Below, piece after piece: positions 1 to 10,303 of a stretch of DNA of 64,000 bases (position 1 is the stretch's first letter; the number at the start of each line of letters is the position of its first letter). Position numbers and translations under genes: made by a program. The notes beneath the pieces were generated by a model. That model worked only from the letters and a program-made list of their open reading frames with translations. It searched no databases and was not told the DNA's origin. Origin of the DNA: Bacillales bacterium (lineage in GTDB: Bacteria; Bacillota_I; Bacilli_A; RF39; UBA660); contig JAEEKI010000016.1 of the NCBI GenBank assembly GCA_016282375.1, positions 39,219 through 103,218 of the forward strand, given 5' to 3'.

Positions 1-881
1 TAGATATTGTCTTTGAGATATAAATGATAATTGTCATCTTCTACCTCAAAACTTATGGTATTATTTATTGAGCATTTTTCTTGACTATTTTGTTCATTTT
101 CTAAAACAAAACAGACATCATTAGCATCTTCATTATTAAAATTAATAGTTAAAGTAAAAGGTTTAATAATAACATGCATATAATACGGATTTGTCGGCGT
201 CTTTTGTAAAGTAGCTAGTTGATTAACACCATCGGTAAAAAGATAACTATCATCTACATTATTATCTTTGATTTGAAAAGTGAGCTGATATTCTCCTGGA
301 GGACCAGAAACAGTTAGTTTATCTTTAACTAATGAGACCTCTAAACCATCATTATCAATTAAAGAATATAATGGTAAATAATGATGTTCATAGGTTTTAA
401 CTTCCTTCATTGTTTGATAGTGTGTTTCGCTAAACAAATCAATACCCTGCACAATTTCCTCTGCTCTTTGCTTAACATCTTGATATTCTCTTTCTTTTTG
501 TACTAGGATACTATCTTCTTCATGGCAAAAAGAAAATGTTTTTTCTGGATACATTTTTTCCCAGAGAAATCTTGTAGCAAACTGTTGATGATAATTATAG
601 AATGTTTGGTAATTGATAACAGGATAAATCCAAAGATACTTTTGAGCTAGTTCTTTATAATAATCATCATTTAATTCATGATAATCATCAAAATGGTAAT
701 TATAGTTGGAATTATAATTAAAATAATATGCTATATGATAATTATATCTCACGAAATTTACTTTATACGCTTCCCCTTCTTCATCACAAATAGTGTAAGG
801 CATTTCAGTTACTTGAAAAATATTAAGGGCCAATACTTTCGTAGGTAGTAGTAACATTAAGAATAATAATAATTTTTTCAT
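1..881 (-). CDS. secreted hypothetical protein, partial (3' part runs off the window start)
   Basis: The frame is open from the ATG (complement of 879-881) to position 1. It is missing from the ORF track because no stop lies in the window. GGAAAGGA sits just upstream. The N-terminus MKKLLLFLMLLLLPTKVLA looks like a Sec signal peptide. The mature part is Tyr/Asn/His-rich and I recognise no family. Confidence 0.55.
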   Translation of the reverse strand, partial: MKKLLLFLMLLLPTKVLALNIFQVTEMPYTICDEEGEAYKVNFVRYNYHIAYYFNYNSNYNYHFDDYHELNDDYYKELAQKYLWIYPVINYQTFYNYHQQFATRFLWEKMYPEKTFSFCHEEDSILVQKEREYQDVKQRAEEIVQGIDLFSETHYQTMKEVKTYEHHYLPLYSLIDNDGLEVSLVKDKLTVSGPPGEYQLTFQIKDNNVDDSYLFTDGVNQLATLQKTPTNPYYMHVIIKPFTLTINFNNEDANDVCFVLENEQNSQEKCSINNTISFEVEDDNYHLYLKDNI

Positions 882-987
882 GGTTCCTTTCCATATGTAA
901 CTTTTTTTACGAGCATTTATAATATACTAAATGTTCATCTGACAGTAAAGAAAAGTGACAATATTCGACACCCTTTTGGTTTGATAT

Positions 988-1016
988 TTGCACTTATGAA
1001 AAATTAATATTATAAT
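988..1016 (+). promoter_or_regulatory. sigma-A type promoter upstream of murC
   Basis: TTGCAC, 17-nt spacer, TATAAT, about 28 nt upstream of the murC start. Confidence 0.45.
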
Positions 1017-1043
1017 AAGGTTATCAGAGGTGAATAAAAAACA

Positions 1044-2408
1044 ATGTTTCATAACAAAAGAATACATATGATTGGCATTGGTGGAATCTCCATGAGTGGG
1101 ATTGCTAAAATTCTTTTATCCTTTGATTGTCAGATTACTGGCTATGATGCCAAAGAATCGGATCTTACAAAAGAATTGAATAAGGTGAGTATCGAAGTCA
1201 ACTATGAACCATGCTTAGAAAATATCGAAAAAGCTGATATCGTCGTTTATACAGCAGCCATTCCCAAAGACAATGAAGAACTGCTTTATGCTAAAAAACT
1301 TAATAAAGAAGTCTATGAACGAAGTACCTTTTTAGGCTTAATGATGAGAGACTATAAAAATGTTTTATGTATTAGTGGTACCCATGGTAAAAGCACGACA
1401 ACAGGTATGGTTTCATCCATCTTTATGGCCGCTGATAAAAACCCTACTATTCAAATTGGAGCAATGCTTCCCTTAATTGGAGGTAATGAACGTGTTGGTA
1501 GTAAGGAATTTTTTATCGCAGAATCATGTGAATACGTTGATAGTTTCTTAGAATTTTTTCCTACAGCAGCCATTATTCTCGATATTGATAATGATCATTT
1601 AGATTATTTTAAAAATCTGGATAATATCATTCATTCATTTACCCGTTTTACTAGATTATTACCAAATGATGGTATTTTAGTAATTAATAATGATGATGAA
1701 AATACTTTAATGGCCGCAAAAGACTACGACAAAAAGAAAATCACTTATGGAATAGATAATCAAGCGATGTATATGGCCAAAGATATTACATATGATAAAT
1801 ATGGTCATCCTAAATACAAGTTATATATTAATAATGAGTATAAAATAGATATTCAATTATCCGTAAGTGGTCATCATAATGTACTTAATTCGCTAGCGGC
1901 TATTGCCCTATCTCATCAATATATAGATGATTTAAACGTTATCAAAGAAGCTTTATTTAATTATCATGGTGTTGGCCGAAGATTTGAGTTCTTAGGAAAT
2001 TGTAATGGTGCTCTCGTTTATGACGATTATGCACATCATCCAAGTGAAATTCTAACAACTTATGAGTCGGTTCAAAAGACACCGCATAAAGATGAATATG
2101 CTGTTTTCCAAGGTCATACCTTCTCACGTACGAAGGATCACCTGGAGGAATTTGGCAAAGTACTATCGAAGTTTCAAAATGTTGTTATTGCAAAAATATA
2201 CCCTGCTCGGGAAGAAAACATTTATAATGTTCATGAAGAAGATTTAGTAGAATTAATTAAAAAGAATGGAAATCAAAATGTTTGTTATATTGATTCCTTC
2301 GAAGAAATCGAAAAATATTTGAAAAAAAGGATTAAAAAAGATGATTTAGTAATTACTATCGGTGCCGGTCCAATCAATGAAGTTGCTAATCATATAGTTA
2401 AGGAGTAA
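1044..2408 (+). CDS. murC: UDP-N-acetylmuramate--L-alanine ligase
   Basis: The N-terminal IHMIGIGGISMSGIA Rossmann motif, the GTHGKSTTT P-loop and the length (454 aa) are typical of MurC. AGAGGTGA Shine-Dalgarno upstream. Confidence 0.95.
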   Translation: MFHNKRIHMIGIGGISMSGIAKILLSFDCQITGYDAKESDLTKELNKVSIEVNYEPCLENIEKADIVVYTAAIPKDNEELLYAKKLNKEVYERSTFLGLMMRDYKNVLCISGTHGKSTTTGMVSSIFMAADKNPTIQIGAMLPLIGGNERVGSKEFFIAESCEYVDSFLEFFPTAAIILDIDNDHLDYFKNLDNIIHSFTRFTRLLPNDGILVINNDDENTLMAAKDYDKKKITYGIDNQAMYMAKDITYDKYGHPKYKLYINNEYKIDIQLSVSGHHNVLNSLAAIALSHQYIDDLNVIKEALFNYHGVGRRFEFLGNCNGALVYDDYAHHPSEILTTYESVQKTPHKDEYAVFQGHTFSRTKDHLEEFGKVLSKFQNVVIAKIYPAREENIYNVHEEDLVELIKKNGNQNVCYIDSFEEIEKYLKKRIKKDDLVITIGAGPINEVANHIVKE

Positions 2409-2411
2409 AAA

Positions 2412-2993
2412 ATGGAAAGAAGAAAAGATGGGTTGTTTGTATTAATTATTGGTTTTTGTGTCGTTCTAGTTGGTGTAGGTTTATTCTTTGTTCAACGTAG
2501 TGAAAAAAGAAAAGATTTTGAAGCACTATTAAAAAGTGATATGTATCTTGAGGCTGACTTAGGCATTATTCCTCGTAAAAGAGTTTTAATGGAAAAAAAT
2601 GCCCTATTAAAAAAGATGAATAAAGAAAATGAATCTTTTCTATATATTACGAAAAAGAATGTCTTATTTACCTTTTATTATGATTGGTATTACTTAATTG
2701 ATCCATTGCAAGGAGTACATAAAGATTATCAAGAAACACTTTCAAGTGAGACTGTTCAAAAAATATTGGATGCTGTTAATGAAAAAGCAATTGATGATTT
2801 AACATATAAAATCGAAGATGATTATGCCCGTATTACGATTGATGGTAAACTACGTTATATTGAAAAAATTCAATTACAATATATAATGCAAGATAATGAT
2901 CTCGATTTACCAGTTTATAGTGTAGACACTGAGGAAGAAGAAGTTACTAATAAGATTACAGGTAAGAAAGAAAAAAAGAAGACTTATCAATAA
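2412..2993 (+). CDS. membrane-anchored hypothetical protein
   Basis: Starts 3 nt after the murC stop. One N-terminal TM segment (LFVLIIGFCVVLVGVGLFFV) and a Lys/Glu-rich tail. No family recognised. Confidence 0.6.
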   Translation: MERRKDGLFVLIIGFCVVLVGVGLFFVQRSEKRKDFEALLKSDMYLEADLGIIPRKRVLMEKNALLKKMNKENESFLYITKKNVLFTFYYDWYYLIDPLQGVHKDYQETLSSETVQKILDAVNEKAIDDLTYKIEDDYARITIDGKLRYIEKIQLQYIMQDNDLDLPVYSVDTEEEEVTNKITGKKEKKKTYQ

Positions 2994-3004
2994 GTCTTTT
3001 TTTA
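2979..3004 (+). terminator. intrinsic terminator after the murC operon
   Basis: AAGACTT/AAGTCTT stem with a 6-nt loop, followed by a T-run; overlaps the stop codon. Confidence 0.6.
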
Positions 3005-3033
3005 TTGAATTAAATAATAAATAAGTTATTATA

Positions 3034-3417
3034 CTAATTGAATGCTAATTCTACATCTAAATCTTCATCATAAATCGCTACGAGTAAAAAGATAATCCCA
3101 CTGATAAAGATTAACAATGATCCCAAAAAGGAAGCATATACTAAGATTTTCTTTTTTTCACTGTCATGGATTGATAATCTTTGCATATCACTAAAAGAAC
3201 TCTTTAAAAAATAACCATAAACAATGATTAAAATACTAAAAATAAAAATCATAATCTGACGATAATGCTTCTTACTGGTAACTGATTGATGAAGATAATA
3301 ATCACTTTCTAAATAATTAGCATACCAACTTAAAAAGATAATCCCGATATAGATAAACCAAATAATATCCTCTGTTCTAATTTGTTTTAGTTTATCTCCA
3401 AGATTATCCTTCTTCAT
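3034..3417 (-). CDS. small integral membrane protein (about 3 TM), hypothetical
   Basis: 127-aa ORF with three hydrophobic segments, lying 13 nt downstream of mgtE on the same strand. Confidence 0.55.
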   Translation of the reverse strand: MKKDNLGDKLKQIRTEDIIWFIYIGIIFLSWYANYLESDYYLHQSVTSKKHYRQIMIFIFSILIIVYGYFLKSSFSDMQRLSIHDSEKKKILVYASFLGSLLIFISGIIFLLVAIYDEDLDVELAFN

Positions 3418-3432
3418 ATTAAAATATATGCT

Positions 3433-4767
3433 TTATAAACCAAGAATAAGTGTCGCAATATTAAAATAAATAATCAATGATACAGCATCGACAATTGTAG
3501 TAATAAAGGGACTAGCCATAACGGCTGGATCAAATCCCAATTTTTTTGCCACAAGGGGTAATGATGACCCTATCATCTTTGCAAAAATAATTGTTATAAA
3601 TAAAGTCAAACAAACAACGCTAGCAACTTTAAATGGTATTTTATCAATAACTATTAGTTTACCAAGATTAGCTAAGGATAAGGTTAATCCACATAAAATG
3701 GCTACACGGAATTCTTTCCATACTACCCTTAAAAAGTCACTAAACTCAATTTCATTAATGGCTAAACTCCGAATAATGGTAACTGATGATTGACTACCAG
3801 CATTACCAGCTGAATCCATAAACATAGGAATGTAAGATGTTAAAATGACCATTGCGGCTAAAGCGGCTTCGTATTTTTGAATAATTAAACTCGTAAAAGT
3901 TGCCGAAATCATTAACAACATTAACCAAGGTATTCTTTTTTTAAACAATTCCCAAATACTTAAACTTAAATATGGTTTATCTGACGGAGTTATGGCCGCC
4001 ATCTTCGCAATATCCTCGCTCGTTTCTTGTTCAAGAATATCGACAATATCATCGATAGTAATAATACCAACCATCTTTTTTTCACTATCTACAACTGGCA
4101 TTGCTAAGAGGTCATATTTTTTAAACATTTCGGCAGCAATTTCTTGGTCGACTAAGGTTTCAATAGAAATAACATCCTCATCCATTATGGTTGTTATATT
4201 ACGATCAATATCTGCTAAGAGTAAATCTTTTATTTCTACACTACCTAAAAGGGTTCGATTCTCATCTAGAACATAACAGTTAGTAATTGTTTCTTTATCA
4301 TTACCCTCACGCCGTATTTTTTCAAGACACATGCCAATAGTCATATTTCTCTTAAAATCAAGATATTCTAAAGTCATAATACTACCAGCACTATCTTCGG
4401 GATATTTTAAAAGTTCATTAATATCACGTCTAGTTTCTTTCGTAGTATTAGCTAAAATCTTGGTAACGACATTTGCCGGCATCTCATCTAATAAGTCAGT
4501 AGCATCATCTGAGGCAAGCATATCAACAAAGGCACCGGCATCTTTAATACTCATTAAGGAAATAATTTCATGTTGAACATCTAAAGGTAAATAAACAAAA
4601 ACATCGGCGGCTTTATTTTTAGGAAGTAATCGAAAAACTTTAATTACAACATCGGAATCTACTTCCTCTAAAATATCCGCAATATCTTGTTCATTTAATT
4701 CTTCTAAATCATTTTTTAATTTTTGATATTCCTCATGTTCAATCAAAGATAATACTCTTTCTTGCAT
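3433..4767 (-). CDS. mgtE: magnesium transporter MgtE
   Basis: Has the MgtE N-domain, a CBS pair, and a C-terminal membrane domain with the PMFMDSAGNAGSQS and PFITTIVD motifs. Confidence 0.92.
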   Translation of the reverse strand: MQERVLSLIEHEEYQKLKNDLEELNEQDIADILEEVDSDVVIKVFRLLPKNKAADVFVYLPLDVQHEIISLMSIKDAGAFVDMLASDDATDLLDEMPANVVTKILANTTKETRRDINELLKYPEDSAGSIMTLEYLDFKRNMTIGMCLEKIRREGNDKETITNCYVLDENRTLLGSVEIKDLLLADIDRNITTIMDEDVISIETLVDQEIAAEMFKKYDLLAMPVVDSEKKMVGIITIDDIVDILEQETSEDIAKMAAITPSDKPYLSLSIWELFKKRIPWLMLLMISATFTSLIIQKYEAALAAMVILTSYIPMFMDSAGNAGSQSSVTIIRSLAINEIEFSDFLRVVWKEFRVAILCGLTLSLANLGKLIVIDKIPFKVASVVCLTLFITIIFAKMIGSSLPLVAKKLGFDPAVMASPFITTIVDAVSLIIYFNIATLILGL

Positions 4768-4805
4768 AGAATCACCGCCCTATTCTGTGCTCATTATAAC
4801 ACTAA

Positions 4806-7367
4806 TTAAACACCCAAAGGAATATTTTTTTGCTTAAGATATTTTTTACGTAAATAATCTGTTAGCAATAGACTTAAAGACAGTAAGATAACAATGCTTA
4901 ATTCCTTGATTGTTAGACCATAAGTTCTAAATAATTTACCGCCATGATAAATAATGTATAATTGTACAGTAACAATTAAACCGTTGATCAAAATAAATAC
5001 TTTATTTTGCCAAAGATTAGCTAAGATATTTAGACGATGTGTTCTTGCTAAAAAGGAATTAATAATACCTAAAAAAACAAAGAGGGCAAAAAAGGCTGTT
5101 AAAAAATAATTCTCATGAACATCTAAACGAAATAAAGATTTAAGATATGGAAGTTTTAAAAAGATTAAACACAAAATACTCGTATATAAACCATTAATGG
5201 TAATTTGATTTAACATGTAAGGGTTAATAATAGTTTCATCTTTTCTTTTAGGTGGCTCTAACATATATTCCTTTAAAGGAGGTTCATAAGAAAACGCTAA
5301 ACCCGCGAAAGTATCCATAATCATATTGAGCCATAACATTTGTAAGATAGTTATCGGCGAAGCATAACCAATTAGCGTTCCCACGATAGATAATAGCAAT
5401 GCACAAATATTCACCGTTAATTGATAAATAATAAATTTACGAATACTTTTAAAAATTGTTCGACCATATAAAATGGCTTTACATATCGAGGAAATATTAT
5501 CATCTAAGATAACAATATCGGCAGCTTCTTTAGCTACTTCTGTTCCACTTCCTAAAGCAAAACCAACATCACTTTTTTTAAGAGCAATAGCATCATTAAT
5601 GCCATCACCTGTCATCCCTACAATAAATCCTTCATGTTGATAAACACTTACTAAGCGACCTTTATCTTCGGGTAATGCCCGAGCAATAATAGCAATCTTA
5701 TGAGATATTTCACTTAATTCGGTATTACTTAATTGATTAAATTCGTCATGACTTAAAATAAGACTATCATTATTTACTAAACCCAGTTCTTTGCCAATAC
5801 TAACTGCTGTTTCTTTACTATCTCCCGTAATCATGACGGTTTTAATGCCAGCCATTTTGATAGTCTCAAGTGATGACTTTGCTTCCCTACGAAGAGAATC
5901 ACTAATGATGACTAAACTTAGAAAAATAAGATTATGCAAATCTTGGCCATAAGCATGAGCTATAACACGGTATCCTTGTTGCGTATACTTATTAATCTCT
6001 TCGATTATTCTTTGTTTATTATCAAGGTCTAATACCTTGCCTTCCATAGTTAGATATTTTTGACATCTAGATAGAATTACTTCACTTGCTCCCTTGATGT
6101 AATAATAATGGTCACTAGCATAAATATAACTATATTTGGTAGTACTGTCAAAAGGCTCAGTATTAATGACTTGTAAAGGACTCTGATAATCTTTTACCCA
6201 CTTTTTAATGGCTTGATCCGTGGGATTACCTCCGATAATATGATGTTCAGAAATAATAGTTTCATTATTCAAAAGTAAAGAATTAAGTAATATTTCAAAA
6301 TAACGAGGATATTTATTTAACTGTTTGATATTTGTAAAAGATTTTCCATCAATGGTAACAATCTTTTGAACATTTAATTTGCCTTCGGTTAAAGTACCTG
6401 TTTTATCACATAATAAAACATTTAAGGAGCCACTGGTTTCAATTCCTACCATCTTTCTTACTAAAACGTGATCCTTTAACATTTTACGCATATTCGAAGA
6501 TAAAACTAAGGCAGTCATCATCGGTAATCCTTCAGGTACAGCCATAATAATAATGGTAACGGATAATGTTAAGCAATAGATTAAATAATTAATCATTAAA
6601 GGTCCGTTTTTTAGAGTATCAAGAATTAATGGTAACTGAAAATGATTATTAACAAACACTTGTAAAAAGAAATATGATAAGCTTGCTAGAAAAGCTCCTA
6701 GGTAACCTATTTTACTAATCTGTTCGGCTAAGACTTTGAGTTTGGTGCGAAGAGGACTGTCTTCGTTTTTTATTTGCATTTGCTCGGATATCTTACCAAT
6801 AAAAGTTTTTAAACCTACAGTATCAATCTTCAAAAGAGCTTGTCCTTTATAAACAATGCTTCCCCCATAGACTAAACTATCAACTTGTTTATGGATTTCC
6901 TTAGTCTCTCCAGTTAAAAAAGATTCATCAACATCAAGATGTCCTTGAATTAAATGACCATCGGCAGGGACTTTATCACCACTAGTAAGTTTAACAACAT
7001 CCCCTACGACAATATCATTAGACTTAATGACTCTTATTTTGCCATTACGATACACTTTATTATCAATTTCTTCATTTTCTTTCTGAAGACGTTCAAAAGC
7101 TTTATTAGAACCATACTCAGATATCGTCGAAATAAAAGAGGCTAAAAAAATGGCTATTAATATACCAAGTGTTTCATAAATATCAAAACTTTTAAATAAA
7201 AAGATAATTTTAATGGCTAAGGCAATCAAAAGGATTTTAATAATAGGATCACCGAAGGATTCTAAAAGTAGTTTAAAGAAAGTATTGGAATTTTTATTTT
7301 CTAAGATATTACTACCATATTTACTTCTTGCTTTTTTAACTTCTTCATCATTCAAACCAAAAGTCAT
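4806..7367 (-). CDS. cation-transporting P-type ATPase (Ca2+-ATPase-like, type IIA/IIB)
   Basis: TGE loop, CDKTGTLT phosphorylation site, TGDGINDAIALKKSDVG hinge, about 10 TM segments, 853 aa. Ion specificity is inferred from overall resemblance only. Confidence 0.88.
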   Translation of the reverse strand: MTFGLNDEEVKKARSKYGSNILENKNSNTFFKLLLESFGDPIIKILLIALAIKIIFLFKSFDIYETLGILIAIFLASFISTISEYGSNKAFERLQKENEEIDNKVYRNGKIRVIKSNDIVVGDVVKLTSGDKVPADGHLIQGHLDVDESFLTGETKEIHKQVDSLVYGGSIVYKGQALLKIDTVGLKTFIGKISEQMQIKNEDSPLRTKLKVLAEQISKIGYLGAFLASLSYFFLQVFVNNHFQLPLILDTLKNGPLMINYLIYCLTLSVTIIIMAVPEGLPMMTALVLSSNMRKMLKDHVLVRKMVGIETSGSLNVLLCDKTGTLTEGKLNVQKIVTIDGKSFTNIKQLNKYPRYFEILLNSLLLNNETIISEHHIIGGNPTDQAIKKWVKDYQSPLQVINTEPFDSTTKYSYIYASDHYYYIKGASEVILSRCQKYLTMEGKVLDLDNKQRIIEEINKYTQQGYRVIAHAYGQDLHNLIFLSLVIISDSLRREAKSSLETIKMAGIKTVMITGDSKETAVSIGKELGLVNNDSLILSHDEFNQLSNTELSEISHKIAIIARALPEDKGRLVSVYQHEGFIVGMTGDGINDAIALKKSDVGFALGSGTEVAKEAADIVILDDNISSICKAILYGRTIFKSIRKFIIYQLTVNICALLLSIVGTLIGYASPITILQMLWLNMIMDTFAGLAFSYEPPLKEYMLEPPKRKDETIINPYMLNQITINGLYTSILCLIFLKLPYLKSLFRLDVHENYFLTAFFALFVFLGIINSFLARTHRLNILANLWQNKVFILINGLIVTVQLYIIYHGGKLFRTYGLTIKELSIVILLSLSLLLTDYLRKKYLKQKNIPLGV

Positions 7368-7482
7368 TTTTCCTCCAGTAAATTATATTTAAGAAGTTAA
7401 ATAATATGTGAAATGATAATTTATTAATGATTTTATTCAACTTTTATAATATAATTACTTTAGATAGTAAGAAGGTGTTTAA

Positions 7483-8370
7483 ATGAAATACATTATTGAT
7501 ACCGATCCAGGAATTGATGATGCGATTGCCATAATGCTGGCTATTCAAAATAAACTAAATGTCATTGGTTTTACCATCGCCAGTGGTAATATACCTTTAG
7601 AAAAAACGGAAAACAATATTAAAGTAATCGAAGACTTCTTAGGAACTAATATTCCCATTTATCGAGGTAGAAAAATTAATAAATGTAATCAAAATTTTGC
7701 CGAGTTTGCTCATGGAAAAGACGGACTTGGATATGCGGTCTTCCCTTTTAATAAGCATCGAAGAATTGAAAGAACTTTTGCCGAAAATTTTATTATTAAA
7801 GCAGCAAAAAAATATAAAGATAATTTAACAATCATTTGTTTAGGGCCTTTGACTAATATAGCTAACGCCCTTAAAAAGGACAAACATTTAGCCGAAAGAA
7901 TTAACAAAATTGTTGTCATGGGGGCCTCTTATAATCCTTATGCTAAGAACAAATATATTGAATTCAATGTCAAAGTTGACCCTGATGCAGCTCGTATGAT
8001 TTTTAATGCCCCATTTAAAAAAATCGAAGTGGTTACTCATGAAGTTGGCGTTAAATCCTTTATTGAAAAAGATTATATTCAATCACTTTATCATTCTGAT
8101 GACTTAGTAAGTCGTTTTGTAGCTAACATTGCACAAAAGTATGTTGAATTTAGTTTTGAACATTATAAAACCATCGGTTTAGGTACTCCTGATCCAACAA
8201 CAATTGCTTCGGTGATTGATCCATCAATTATTGACTATATGCCTGCAAAAATCGAAATTAATAAAGATTGTGAATGTATTGTTACGAAAGATGAAACTAG
8301 CAACATTTTAATATCTAAAGACTTTGACTTAGAGAAGTTTAGGACATTATTTAAAAATACTTTCAAATAA
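7483..8370 (+). CDS. nucleoside hydrolase (IUNH family)
   Basis: The N-terminal IIDTDPGIDDAIAI aspartate cluster is diagnostic of inosine-uridine preferring nucleoside hydrolases. Confidence 0.88.
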   Translation: MKYIIDTDPGIDDAIAIMLAIQNKLNVIGFTIASGNIPLEKTENNIKVIEDFLGTNIPIYRGRKINKCNQNFAEFAHGKDGLGYAVFPFNKHRRIERTFAENFIIKAAKKYKDNLTIICLGPLTNIANALKKDKHLAERINKIVVMGASYNPYAKNKYIEFNVKVDPDAARMIFNAPFKKIEVVTHEVGVKSFIEKDYIQSLYHSDDLVSRFVANIAQKYVEFSFEHYKTIGLGTPDPTTIASVIDPSIIDYMPAKIEINKDCECIVTKDETSNILISKDFDLEKFRTLFKNTFK

Positions 8371-8397
8371 AAATGTAACTTAAAGTTACATTTTTTT
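8371..8397. terminator. bidirectional intrinsic terminator between convergent genes
   Basis: AAATGTAAC/GTTACATTT stem with a 5-nt loop and flanking A/T runs. Confidence 0.6.
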
Positions 8398-8404
8398 AAT
8401 ATTA

Positions 8405-10207
8405 TTAATGAGTATCAGTAAATTCGAGCATTTCATCATAATAAAAAGGAGCATTTTTTTGAGCATTAAATCCCACTTTATGATTAACAGCGTTTATTAA
8501 AATGATAGCATGATTAAAATTAAGATATTCATCATTATATTCTACTAAATGATCACAATATATTTTTTTAACTAGTTCTTGAATACTAAATGAAGCACTT
8601 TCATCAATCATGATAATCGTACTAGGATAATACTTAATTGTTTTATACATTTTATCAATACTTTTCTCACTATTTACTTTGATAAATTGATAGTTTAACA
8701 TTTTAGCTAAATTTTTGCCAAAATCGCTCGGAGCATTGACTAAATAAAAACTCTTAAGACCAATCCCTTTTAAAGAATGATTAATAATATTTATAAATTT
8801 TTTATCATAATGCCACTCACTAAGAGATATTCTTTTATTTTTAATAATATGATTTTTAAATTCTAATACATCCATAATGTCTTCCGAAGTAACTGATACT
8901 CTTTTAGCATTTCTTAAATTATTAATTTCTTTTTTTAATTTATTTTCTTGAATATTATTTTGTAAGGCTTCTTTAAAATGGCCATTTTCTATTTCTTTGA
9001 TTTTTAAAATTTCTATTTTTTGTAATTCATCTTCTTTTTGCTTAATTAGTGTATTATTGGTTTTTAATTTAACATATGACATGACCGAATCTAATAATTC
9101 AATTGATTTATCAGGATTATACTTATTAGGAAAATAGATATTAGTTAAATGAACTAATGAACTTAATAAGTCATCTTTAATGTTAATCTTATGATAATTA
9201 GTGTATTCTTCCTTGATATTTCTAAGAATATTAATGGTCTCTTCTTCGGTAGGTTCCTTTACTAAAATTGTTTCAAATCTTCTAGATAAAGCCTTATCTT
9301 TAGCAAAATACTTTTCGTACTCTTCTTTCGTCGTAGCGCCAATGCATTTTATTTCTCCCCTAGCTAAATATGGTTTTAAAATGTCGGCTGCCGATATCGC
9401 TCCCTCCGCGGAACCTGCCGAAGATAATGTATGTATTTCATCGATAAAAAGAATGATTTGTTTATGAGGAAGTATTTCTGATATTATCTTAGTAATTTTT
9501 TCTTCGAATTCACCACGATATTTCGTACCAGCCACTAGAGTACCCATCTCGAGGTTAACAATTTTAGTATTTAATAATGCTTCAGGTACCTGACCCTTAA
9601 CGATTCTTCTGGCTAATTCCTCGACAATGGCACTTTTACCTACCCCAGCATCTCCGACTAATAACGGATTATTTTTCTTTTTTCTTAAAAGTGTTTCCAT
9701 GATCAAATTTATCTCTTTATCACGGCCAATAACCTTTTCATTTAAGTCAACGCTTTCATTTAATAGTTTACCCATTTTATATATTTGTAAATCTTCATTC
9801 GGAATAATACGATTTTTTAAACTATGATATAAATCATCGATATCAATGCCCATACTTAGTAAAATTCTAATTGCTACCCCTTCTCCTTCATCTAAAATAT
9901 GAAAGAAAAGGCTGTTGCTATCGATAATTTCGTCCTTCGAAGCTTCATAAATAACTTTTTTTAATAAAGGTGTATAAATATTGTTAGTTATTTTTCTTCG
10001 AACAGGACTAAGAATCGACTTTACCTCTTGATAAAAGTCATCATAATTAATATTGTATTTTTGAAATATGCTACCTAACTCATCATCTTGTTTTAAAATA
10101 GCTAAAACTAAATGCTCAGTTCCAACATATTCATGATGTAATAAAACTCTTTGCTTTTCTGCTTCCTTAAATAATTTTAAACAATTAATATTATATTTTT
10201 CAAACAT
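8405..10207 (-). CDS. Clp/Hsp100-family AAA+ ATPase with one intact AAA module and a degenerate second module
   Basis: Clp_N repeats (YVGTEHLVLAIL). D1 Walker A is LLVGDAGVGKSAIV and Walker B is ILFIDEIH. The C-terminal ~130 aa keep only a decayed P-loop (NAPSDFGKN) and MIDES. Total length is 600 aa, against about 810 for ClpC. Confidence 0.8.
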   Translation of the reverse strand: MFEKYNINCLKLFKEAEKQRVLLHHEYVGTEHLVLAILKQDDELGSIFQKYNINYDDFYQEVKSILSPVRRKITNNIYTPLLKKVIYEASKDEIIDSNSLFFHILDEGEGVAIRILLSMGIDIDDLYHSLKNRIIPNEDLQIYKMGKLLNESVDLNEKVIGRDKEINLIMETLLRKKKNNPLLVGDAGVGKSAIVEELARRIVKGQVPEALLNTKIVNLEMGTLVAGTKYRGEFEEKITKIISEILPHKQIILFIDEIHTLSSAGSAEGAISAADILKPYLARGEIKCIGATTKEEYEKYFAKDKALSRRFETILVKEPTEEETINILRNIKEEYTNYHKINIKDDLLSSLVHLTNIYFPNKYNPDKSIELLDSVMSYVKLKTNNTLIKQKEDELQKIEILKIKEIENGHFKEALQNNIQENKLKKEINNLRNAKRVSVTSEDIMDVLEFKNHIIKNKRISLSEWHYDKKFINIINHSLKGIGLKSFYLVNAPSDFGKNLAKMLNYQFIKVNSEKSIDKMYKTIKYYPSTIIMIDESASFSIQELVKKIYCDHLVEYNDEYLNFNHAIILINAVNHKVGFNAQKNAPFYYDEMLEFTDTH

Positions 10208-10267
10208 ATAATCATTCCTTTATAATAATTATGTTTAAATATATAATTAAATATGCAAATTAAAGCA

Positions 10268-10296
10268 TAAAAAAAGTCAACCTTACGTTGACTTTC
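10268..10296 (-). terminator. intrinsic terminator after the thioredoxin-like gene
   Basis: AGTCAAC/GTTGACT stem followed by a T-run on the minus strand. Confidence 0.6.
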
Positions 10297-10303
10297 CTAA
10301 AAA

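Noticed and set aside
3992-4576. Many 60-130-aa ORFs in the track lying antisense to or inside long genes (for example 3992-4276, 4331-4576, 9201-9467, 12296-12694, 25414-25815, 25984-26337, 54783-55019, 62582-62869)
   Set aside because: Each is fully nested in a well-supported gene on the opposite strand. They have Ser/Ile/Phe/Leu-rich low-complexity translations typical of antisense frames in AT-rich DNA, and they lack ribosome-binding sites.
4768-4805. Looked for an M-box (Mg2+) riboswitch upstream of mgtE
   Set aside because: Only 38 nt separate mgtE from the upstream P-type ATPase gene, and the ~115 nt upstream of that gene show no M-box-like conserved stems. mgtE is most likely co-transcribed with the ATPase.
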